Part shown: positions 57,293-64,000 of the stretch, in pieces
How the letters are laid out: every line of letters starts with the position of its first letter
Position numbering within the stretch: the first letter of the stretch is position 1
Assembly (NCBI GenBank): GCA_963774895.1
Contig: CAVZGN010000001.1
Span: 292,495 to 356,494 of the forward strand
Direction: 5' to 3'
DNA length: 64,000 nt
Source: an uncultured Pseudomonadota bacterium
Lineage (GTDB): Bacteria; Pseudomonadota; Gammaproteobacteria; Natronospirales; REEB76
Made by a program: the position numbers and the translations under genes
Notes under the pieces: model-generated
The model's input: only the letters and a program-made list of their open reading frames with translations
Database searches by the model: none
Told to the model about the DNA's origin: nothing

Positions 57293-58039
57293 CTACAGCA
57301 CCCCCCGTTGTTTAAGTGCGGCAATGAGTGCGGGAACATCTTCCACTTTCTGGCCACCGATTCGCGGCGGCGGCGGCGCGTATTTTGTTACTTCCAGATG
57401 CGGAGCTGCGGCAATGCCCAGTTCTTCCAATCTCAGGGCTTGCAGGGGTTTGCTGCGGGCTTTCATGATGTCGGGCATCTTCACGAACCGCGGGGTGTTG
57501 AGCCGCAGGTCGGTGGTGATTACCGCCGGCAGATCGATCGACAGGATCTCCAACCCGGCGTCCACTTCGCGGGTGACGGCCGCGGTCTTGGCTTTCAATT
57601 CCACCTTGGAGGCAAAGGTTGCCTGAGGACGGTCCCACAGGGCCGCCAGCATCTGGCCGGTCTGGTTGCTGTCGTCGTCGATGGCCTGTTTGCCGAGGAC
57701 CACCAGTTCGGGATTCTCGCGTTTCACCAATGCATGCAACACGCGCGCGATCATCAGGGGTTGCAGTGCTGCGCCAGCTTCCACCAGTATCGCCCGGTCA
57801 GCTCCCATGGCCAGGGCTGTGCGCAGCTGTTGCTGGCTGTCCGCTATCCCGATGCTCACGGCCACGATCTCCGCCTGCGTGCCGCCTTCGCGGATGCGCA
57901 AGGCTTCCTCCAAGGCGATCTCGTCGAAGGGATTGATGCTCATCTTGACGCCATCGGTGTTGACGTCGCTGCCGTCCTTTTTCAGCTGCACACGCACGGA
58001 ATAATCGATGACGCGTTTAATGCCGACCAGTATTTTCAC
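57293..58039 (-). CDS. etfB: Electron transfer flavoprotein beta subunit
   Basis: Motifs KRVIDY, NPFDEIALEEA, ALAMGADRA, GKQAIDDD and LNTPR. Confidence 0.96.
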   Translation of the reverse strand: MKILVGIKRVIDYSVRVQLKKDGSDVNTDGVKMSINPFDEIALEEALRIREGGTQAEIVAVSIGIADSQQQLRTALAMGADRAILVEAGAALQPLMIARVLHALVKRENPELVVLGKQAIDDDSNQTGQMLAALWDRPQATFASKVELKAKTAAVTREVDAGLEILSIDLPAVITTDLRLNTPRFVKMPDIMKARSKPLQALRLEELGIAAAPHLEVTKYAPPPPRIGGQKVEDVPALIAALKQRGVL

Positions 58040-58198
58040 TTTGTCCGCCTGATGTTTATCGAAACACTAGGTTGTATTCTTGTCCAAACACGATCGGGTG
58101 ATGGGTTGCGTGAAGTATACAATCTTCGTATGTGACTGACGGCAGTCACCGCTTGAAGATAGCACCCCATGCGGTTGCGTGTGTGGTGGATATGCCGG

Positions 58199-58993
58199 TT
58201 ACGGGTTTTTGGTTGCTACGATGACCTGGAAGTTGCCGCAGAAGTAGGTGCGGCGCTCGCAGGTAAAACCGCCGATCTCATGGAATAGCATCACCGGGTC
58301 GTGGGTATCCCACAGCGCCAAACCCAAGGGCTCGAAGACCTTGAAATAGGTCCAGCTGAGCGCCCGTAATACCCAGCGTTCCGGCTTGTGGAATTCAGCC
58401 AGATAGACCTTGCCGCCCGGTTTGACCACGCGCCCGGCTTCCCGCAGGGCCTGAATCTTGAGGTGGTGCGGGAGTTCATGCAACAGGAAGAAGATCACGT
58501 TGGCCGCCACCGATCCGCTCTCAAGCTTCAGGGATGCGGCGTTCTGTTCCAGCATCTCGGTCTTCTCCACATGGCCGAGCAGCTTGCTCTCCGCATGGCT
58601 CAGTTCGTTCTTGATGATGTCGGCGATCAGCACCTTGCGCGCACCGGTCTCGATCGCGGCCGTGACCACACGCGGGATCACGTTGCCGAAGGCACAGGAC
58701 GTGATCAGGACTTTCTGGTCGCGCAGGTCAAGACGCCGCAGCCCGTCCACGATCGCGGAAACCAGCCGGTGATACTGGAACAGCAGGATCGCGGAGATGA
58801 TCGGCTGGAAATCGATAAGGCGTATGAGTCGCATATTCGAGTAGATCGGATATATATGCGAAGCGTCCGTGTCTTCTCCCGAAAGCGCGCTGCGGACCAT
58901 GAGGGCGCCGCGGGTCAGCGTGAAGAAGAACAACGCCGTGCCCGTGAGCAGGGCTGTGATTGACCCAATAACATAAATCATCCAGGTTCCCAT
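58199..58993 (-). CDS. RquA-like class I SAM-binding protein with N-terminal TM helix (putative rhodoquinone biosynthesis enzyme)
   Basis: Gly-poor motif I (LITSCAFGN, cf. RquA QxACVYG), LIDFQPIISAILLFQYHRL, FFLLHELP, KPGG, EFHKP and FEP...LW. Lies directly downstream of frdD with a GAGG RBS. Confidence 0.7.
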   Translation of the reverse strand: MGTWMIYVIGSITALLTGTALFFFTLTRGALMVRSALSGEDTDASHIYPIYSNMRLIRLIDFQPIISAILLFQYHRLVSAIVDGLRRLDLRDQKVLITSCAFGNVIPRVVTAAIETGARKVLIADIIKNELSHAESKLLGHVEKTEMLEQNAASLKLESGSVAANVIFFLLHELPHHLKIQALREAGRVVKPGGKVYLAEFHKPERWVLRALSWTYFKVFEPLGLALWDTHDPVMLFHEIGGFTCERRTYFCGNFQVIVATKNP

Positions 58994-59064
58994 ATTCTTA
59001 TATCCTCTTTTGCCCTTGAGACCGGCCTATTCCCGAGCCTGAACCAGCAGATGCCGGAGGCAGG

Positions 59065-59442
59065 CTAAGAATACCTTATCAACGCCAATGCATAAACCGT
59101 GACCAGGGTTGCAACCAGCGGCAGCCCGTAACAGAAAAGTTTGGCGATCACACCCGTATGCATGCCGAAGTCATGCAGACTGTGGAAGATGCGATGCCCG
59201 GCATGCCAGAAGAACAGCATCACCACGACGAACAGGAACGCGGCGCCGAGCCACGAATGCGCGAAGGCCAGTACATACGAGTAGGACAGGGTATCAGCGG
59301 GCAGCAACAGACCGAGCGGTACTGCGATACCTGTGATCAGCACCAGCACCGGGCCTATCAGTGCGGACAGCATGCCGCCCGCGCCGAACAGCAGCCAGAA
59401 CACCGGCGCATTGGTGCGTTGCATATTGATCTTCATGCCCAT
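59065..59442 (-). CDS. frdD: Fumarate reductase anchor subunit D
   Basis: Motifs R.NAPVFWLLFGAGGM, WHAGHRIFHSLHD and CYG. Confidence 0.92.
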   Translation of the reverse strand: MGMKINMQRTNAPVFWLLFGAGGMLSALIGPVLVLITGIAVPLGLLLPADTLSYSYVLAFAHSWLGAAFLFVVVMLFFWHAGHRIFHSLHDFGMHTGVIAKLFCYGLPLVATLVTVYALALIRYS

Positions 59443-59846
59443 AGACCCCAGACCAAGGCGAACAGGATAATGCTGACGATGACAGTCGCCGCCAGGCCGC
59501 TGCGCGTGATGGCTGCCGCGGACAGGCGCTTGCCTTTCAGCATGATCGGCGGCAGGGTCCGCGGCATGATGTGGAACCAGGTCCAGCTGTGATAGCTAAT
59601 GGCGACCAGCGTGATCACTTGGAAGGCGACGGACGACGGCGACTTGAGCGCAGCCAGCCAGGCATCCCAGGCTGCCTGGCCTTGCGACAGGCGCACCAAA
59701 CCTACCAGCAACACCAGTGCATAGGCGGCCACGAACACCGCGGTGGCCTCGTGGAGCATGTACTCGATATAGAAAGTGTTGCGCCGCCACCATCCCTGCA
59801 TGGGGCGCCTATACGGCCGCCGGCCGCTGCTGGCAGGAGCGGTCAT
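59433..59846 (-). CDS. frdC: Fumarate reductase anchor subunit C
   Basis: Motifs RRPYRRPM..WW...FY..YMLHEATAV and HSWTWF...P. Confidence 0.92.
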   Translation of the reverse strand: MTAPASSGRRPYRRPMQGWWRRNTFYIEYMLHEATAVFVAAYALVLLVGLVRLSQGQAAWDAWLAALKSPSSVAFQVITLVAISYHSWTWFHIMPRTLPPIMLKGKRLSAAAITRSGLAATVIVSIILFALVWGLWA

Positions 59847-60598
59847 TTATCACCTCCACGTGGAGTCACGAAGCGCAGGAAATAATCCTTGGCCGCGTTG
59901 GCCTTGTTCACGTTCACCGCATTCGCCGGATCCACCAGCTTGGGGCAGACCTCGGAGCAGTAGCCAACCGCGGTGCAATTGAAGACCCCGTCCTCGGAGT
60001 TCACCAGCGGCTTGCGCTGCTGCTCTCCGCTATCACGCGAGTCCAGGTTGTAGCGATGCAGCAAGGCGATGATGCCCGGCCCCAGAAACTTCGGGTTCAG
60101 GCCATACTGGGGGCAGGCGGCATAACACAGCATGCAGTTGATGCACGAGCTGAACTGCTCATACACATCGCGCTCGGCCGGGGTCTGCAGGTATTCGCCC
60201 TGTGCCAGCGGGCGCGGCTGCTTCTCGATGATATAGGGCTTGATGCTCTCGAGCTTCTCGATAAAGTCGTCCATGACGATCACCAGATCGCGTTCGATGG
60301 GGAAGTGCGCCAGCGCTTCGACCCGCACGCGTCCGGGATAGAATTCCCGCAGAAAGGTCTGGCACGCGAGCCGCGGCTTGCCGTCGATCATCATCCCGCA
60401 GCTGCCGCAGATGGCCATGCGGCATGACCAGCGGAAACTCAGGGTGCCATCCAAAAAATCCTTGATGTATTGCAGACCCTGCAGCACCGACATATCCTCG
60501 CTGAAGGGCACGCTGTAGGTCTGCAGCACCGGCTTGGCATCCTGCTCGGGCCGGTAGCGCAGCACATCCATCATGATGGTGTTTTCGGTATTCGGCAT
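59843..60598 (-). CDS. frdB: Fumarate reductase iron-sulfur subunit
   Basis: Cysteine motifs RWSCRMAICGSCG, CINCMLCYAACP and CTAVGYCSEVCPK. Start at 60598. Confidence 0.95.
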   Translation of the reverse strand: MPNTENTIMMDVLRYRPEQDAKPVLQTYSVPFSEDMSVLQGLQYIKDFLDGTLSFRWSCRMAICGSCGMMIDGKPRLACQTFLREFYPGRVRVEALAHFPIERDLVIVMDDFIEKLESIKPYIIEKQPRPLAQGEYLQTPAERDVYEQFSSCINCMLCYAACPQYGLNPKFLGPGIIALLHRYNLDSRDSGEQQRKPLVNSEDGVFNCTAVGYCSEVCPKLVDPANAVNVNKANAAKDYFLRFVTPRGGDK

Positions 60599-60599
60599 C

Positions 60600-62387
60600 T
60601 CAGTGACCCGCGGCTTTTTTGTCATGCTCGGCTTGCTCTCCGGCCGCGCCGTAGGCGCGTACCCCGGGCTGTGACTTGGTGATCTTGACCGCGCCATATT
60701 CGATGCGCGGTGCGGATTCACCATTGTAGTAAGCCAGCGAATGTTTCAGATAATTGGCGTCATCGCGTTTTTCGTAGCCATCGAGCCGCTGGTGGGCACC
60801 GCGTGATTCCTTGCGGTTGAGGGCGGAATGCACCATGGCCTGGGCCACTTCCAGCTGATAACCGAGCTCAATGGCTGCCAGCCAGTTTGAATTCCACACC
60901 CGGGACTTGTCCTCCACATCCACGTTCTTGAAGCGCTGCCGGAGTTCGCCGAGCTTGTCGCAGGTGGTCTGCATGCTGTCGGCCAGCCGGTAGATGCCGC
61001 AGCCGTCCTCCATGCTCTGGGCCATTTGCTGGCGCAGCGTCGCGAGCCTCTCGCTGCCATCGCTGCGTTTCACCAGTAGTTCAGTGCGCTGCTGCGCGGC
61101 CGTGGCCTGGTCCAGCAAGGTCTTGGTATCGCCAGCAGGCATAGTTTTCGCAAACCGCGCCGCCTCGTCACCGGCCACTTTGCCGAATACACACAGTTCC
61201 GCCAGTGAATTTGAACCCAAGCGGTTGGCGCCGTGGATCCCGACACTCGAACATTCACCGACCGCATACAGTCCCGGGAGCGGTGTCGCACAATGTCCGT
61301 CTACCAGGATCCCGCCCATGGTGTAATGAATTGCGGGGCGTACCGGTATCGGTTGCTTGGCCGGATCGATGCCCATGAAGATCTCCGCCATCTCGTAGAT
61401 TTGCGGCAGGCGCTCGCGCAGACGCGCTTCGCCCACATGCCGCATGTCGAGTTGCACGTAGGTGCCGTGGGGCCCGTCGAGGGTGAGCCCCTTTTGCTGT
61501 TCATACCAGAACGCCTGGCTCAGGCGGTCGCGGGGTCCGAGTTCCATGTACTTGTTGCGGGGTTTGTCTTCCGCGGGTCCCAGGCCGTAATCCTGCAGGT
61601 AGCGGTAACCGTCCTTGTTCAACAGGAATCCACCCTCACCACGACAGGCTTCGGTGAACAGCAGACCGGTGCCCGGCATGCAGGTGGGGTGATATTGCAT
61701 GAACTCCATGTCGCGCAGCGCCACCCCATGCCGGTAGGCCAATGCCATGCCATCGCCGGTGACGATGCCGCCATTGGTGTTCTCGCGGAACGCGCGGCCG
61801 GCGCCGCCGGTGGCGATGATGACCGCTTTGGATTTGATCAGCGTGAACTGGCCGGTGCGTATCTCGATCACTACGACGCCTTGCACGCGCCCGTCCGCGG
61901 TCACCAGATCCACGCAGAAGTGTTCATCGAAGCGCCTGATGGAAGGATATTTGATGGAAGTCTGGAACAGGGTGTGCAGCATATGAAAGCCGGTCTTGTC
62001 GGCGGCGAACCAGGTGCGCTCGACCTTCATGCCGCCGAAGGCGCGCACGTTTACGTGGCCATCCGGCTTGCGGCTCCAGGGGCAGCCCCAGTGCTCCATC
62101 TGCACCATCTCTTCGGGGCAATGGGCCACGAAATACTCGACCACGTCCTGCTCGCAGAGCCAGTCGCCGCCGCCCACGGTATCGTTGAAATGATAGTCGA
62201 GCTTGTCGTCCGGACGTGTGACGGCGGCCGAACCGCCTTCCGCGGCCACCGTGTGGCTGCGCATGGGGTAAACCTTGGAGATGAGCGCGATCCTCAGCGC
62301 AGGATCAGCCTCGGCCACGGCGATGGCCGCGCGCAGGCCCGCACCGCCCGCTCCTACGATTGCGACGTCCGCTTCGTAGACTTCCAC
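60600..62387 (-). CDS. frdA: Fumarate reductase flavoprotein subunit
   Basis: Motifs SKVYPMRSHTVAAEGG (covalent FAD His), ADKTGFHMLH, QYHPT, TEACRGEGG, HYTMGG and HGANRLGSNSL. Confidence 0.96.
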   Translation of the reverse strand: MEVYEADVAIVGAGGAGLRAAIAVAEADPALRIALISKVYPMRSHTVAAEGGSAAVTRPDDKLDYHFNDTVGGGDWLCEQDVVEYFVAHCPEEMVQMEHWGCPWSRKPDGHVNVRAFGGMKVERTWFAADKTGFHMLHTLFQTSIKYPSIRRFDEHFCVDLVTADGRVQGVVVIEIRTGQFTLIKSKAVIIATGGAGRAFRENTNGGIVTGDGMALAYRHGVALRDMEFMQYHPTCMPGTGLLFTEACRGEGGFLLNKDGYRYLQDYGLGPAEDKPRNKYMELGPRDRLSQAFWYEQQKGLTLDGPHGTYVQLDMRHVGEARLRERLPQIYEMAEIFMGIDPAKQPIPVRPAIHYTMGGILVDGHCATPLPGLYAVGECSSVGIHGANRLGSNSLAELCVFGKVAGDEAARFAKTMPAGDTKTLLDQATAAQQRTELLVKRSDGSERLATLRQQMAQSMEDGCGIYRLADSMQTTCDKLGELRQRFKNVDVEDKSRVWNSNWLAAIELGYQLEVAQAMVHSALNRKESRGAHQRLDGYEKRDDANYLKHSLAYYNGESAPRIEYGAVKITKSQPGVRAYGAAGEQAEHDKKAAGH

Positions 62388-62426
62388 ATTATGTCCTTTG
62401 GCCGATGGATCTGAATCGATATACCT

Positions 62427-62468
62427 AGATTAAGACCTGGATGGTAGTCTTGAATTGATCCAGGTCAT
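62427..62468 (-). promoter_or_regulatory. Class II FNR/ANR-dependent promoter of frdA
   Basis: TTGATCCAGGTCAT (62455-62468) matches TTGAT-N4-ATCAA at 8/10. A minus-strand TAATCT at 62432-62427, taken as the -10, places the box centre at -41.5. Confidence 0.65.
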
Positions 62469-62499
62469 AAGGACGACTCTCCTGACCTATAAACGATGT

Positions 62500-64000
62500 T
62501 CACAGGTTCTGGTAATTTGGCCCGGAACCGCCCTCCGGCGTGGTCCAGGTAATGTTCTCGTAAGGATCCTTGATATCGCAGGTTTTGCAGTGCACGCAGT
62601 TAGCGGCATTGATCTGCAGTCGCTTGCTGCCGTTCTCCTCGACGATCTCATAGACCTGCGCCGGGCAGAAGCGGGTGCAGGGGTTGCCGAATTCCTGGGA
62701 GCAACGGCCGATGCACAGATTGGTGTCCGGCACCTTGAGATGCACTGGCTGGTGTTCGTCGTGGGTGGTGGTGGCAAAGAACACCGAAGCCAGCCGGTCG
62801 CGCGGCGGCAATGTACGGGTCACGTAGTCCTTCACTTTGGCGTAATTTTCATCACGCTTTTTGAGGCTCTTCCAGTCTGCATGATTCTTGAACGTCCAGG
62901 GCAGCTTGCCGAAGGTGATGGTCTCCAGCGCGCCGTTCAGCAGTCCGAACCATAAGCCCCGGTGAAAGCCGGGACGGATGTTGCGGATCTTGTGCAATTC
63001 CTTCGCGGAACGCGAGCGGCGCCAGCGGGCGTCGAAACCCTCGCTGCTGCCGTGTTCCGCCAGATGTTCCGCCGCCAGCATCCCGGAGCGCAGCGCCATG
63101 TGTACGCCCTTGATCTTGGGTACGTTGAGCATACCCGCCGCATCGCCCACCAGCAGCGCACCGGGCATCTCCAGTTTAGGCAACGATTGGATGCCGCCTT
63201 CGGTGAGTGCACGCGTGCCCGCGGAAAGGATCTCGCCGCCTTCCAGCAGCGATTTTACACTCGGGTGGTTCTTGAATTGCTGGAAGGCTTCGAAAGGCAT
63301 GAAATCCGGATTCTGGTAATCCAGCCCCATCACGTAACCCGCGTATACACGGTCGTTGTCCAGGTGATAGAGGAAACTGCCGCCGTAGGTCCGGGAATCC
63401 ACCGGCCAGCCGATGCTGTGTTGTATCAATCCGGGTTTCGCCCGGCCCGCCGGCAGTTGCCAGAGTTCCTTGAAGCCGATGCCGTAGGTTTGCGGTGAAC
63501 ACTCCGCATCCAATCTGAATTCCCGGATGAGCTGTTTGCTGACGCTGCCGCGGCAGCCTTCCGCCAGCACCGTGACGCCGGCATGGATATCCACGCCAGC
63601 GGCGAAGTTGGGTCCCGGCGTGCCGTCTTTGTTCAGACCCATGTCGCCGCAGCGCACGCCAATGACCTTGCCGTTATCGATCAGCGCCGCCGCCGCGGGA
63701 AAACCCGAGAAGACTTCCACACCCAAAGATTCCGCCTGTTGCGCCAGCCATGCACACAAACTTCCCAGCGAGATGATGAAGTTGCCGTGATTTTTCATCT
63801 GCGGCGGTAATGGCAGACGGATGCGTCCGGTCTTGGTGAGCAGCGCGAATTGGTCCTTGGTCGCAGGTACGCAGATGGCGGGAGGCGTTTCGCGCCAGTC
63901 GGGCAGCAGTTCATCCAGCGGCGCTGGTTCCATCACGCAGCCGGAAAGGATGTGCGCGCCCACCGTTGAGCCTTTCTCCAGTACGCAGATACGGCTCTCG
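62500..64000 (-). CDS. Electron transfer flavoprotein-ubiquinone oxidoreductase (5' end outside the window)
   Basis: Motifs LEKGSTVGAHILSG, AEGCRG, GFKELW, EGG.QSLP, GDAAG.LNVPKIKG.H and C-terminal [4Fe-4S] CPAQVY...CVHCKTC. Confidence 0.95.
   Translation of the reverse strand, partial: ESRICVLEKGSTVGAHILSGCVMEPAPLDELLPDWRETPPAICVPATKDQFALLTKTGRIRLPLPPQMKNHGNFIISLGSLCAWLAQQAESLGVEVFSGFPAAAALIDNGKVIGVRCGDMGLNKDGTPGPNFAAGVDIHAGVTVLAEGCRGSVSKQLIREFRLDAECSPQTYGIGFKELWQLPAGRAKPGLIQHSIGWPVDSRTYGGSFLYHLDNDRVYAGYVMGLDYQNPDFMPFEAFQQFKNHPSVKSLLEGGEILSAGTRALTEGGIQSLPKLEMPGALLVGDAAGMLNVPKIKGVHMALRSGMLAAEHLAEHGSSEGFDARWRRSRSAKELHKIRNIRPGFHRGLWFGLLNGALETITFGKLPWTFKNHADWKSLKKRDENYAKVKDYVTRTLPPRDRLASVFFATTTHDEHQPVHLKVPDTNLCIGRCSQEFGNPCTRFCPAQVYEIVEENGSKRLQINAANCVHCKTCDIKDPYENITWTTPEGGSGPNYQNL

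Noticed and set aside
58133-58150. Palindrome GTGACTG-ACGG-CAGTCAC between the rquA-like gene and etfB
   Set aside because: It has no U-tract and matches no operator I recognise, so no function can be assigned.
59065-62387. Succinate dehydrogenase (sdh) assignment
   Set aside because: The ABCD order, the SHTVAAEGG motif and two small FrdC/FrdD-type anchors match E. coli-type fumarate reductase.

Overview
Gammaproteobacterial chromosomal window with five blocks. (1) 1-2.5 kb: the 3' end of a gamma-glutamyltransferase gene, then a segment bracketed by two decayed 3' halves of tRNA-Arg(ACG), each with a terminator (probable integration scars). This segment holds an orphan receiver gene and a candidate sigma-54 unit. 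(2) 2.6-25.4 kb: a complete but rearranged aryl-polyene/xanthomonadin-like type II PKS cluster (KS, CLF, second KS, two ACPs, KR, two DH, adenylation enzyme, MIO ammonia-lyase, TE, GT2-acyltransferase, LolA/MMPL export). It also carries a flavin-dependent halogenase, FabV, a PPTase, a PAP2/Aur1-like protein, MipA and a deacetylase. (3) 25.4-35.4 kb: a TsdBA-type tetraheme thiosulfate dehydrogenase with a periplasmic DsrE protein, a degenerate dienelactone hydrolase, a BNR beta-propeller protein and uncharacterised enzymes. (4) 35.4-55.5 kb: amino-acid catabolism (large NAD-GDH, 2-oxo-acid dehydrogenase E1/E2, kynA, hppD-hmgA-FAH-maiA, acetoacetate-CoA ligase, OPT transporter) with REP-like repeats. 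(5) 55.5-64 kb: ETF-QO, frdABCD, a divergent membrane-anchored RquA-like gene and etfBA, with a class II FNR promoter before frdA. The best candidate for an undescribed system is this putative FNR-controlled, rhodoquinone-dependent fumarate-respiration cassette placed among the ETF genes. The hybrid halogenase/FabV aryl-polyene cluster is second. All calls come from reading motifs and from recalled family sequences; no database searches were run.
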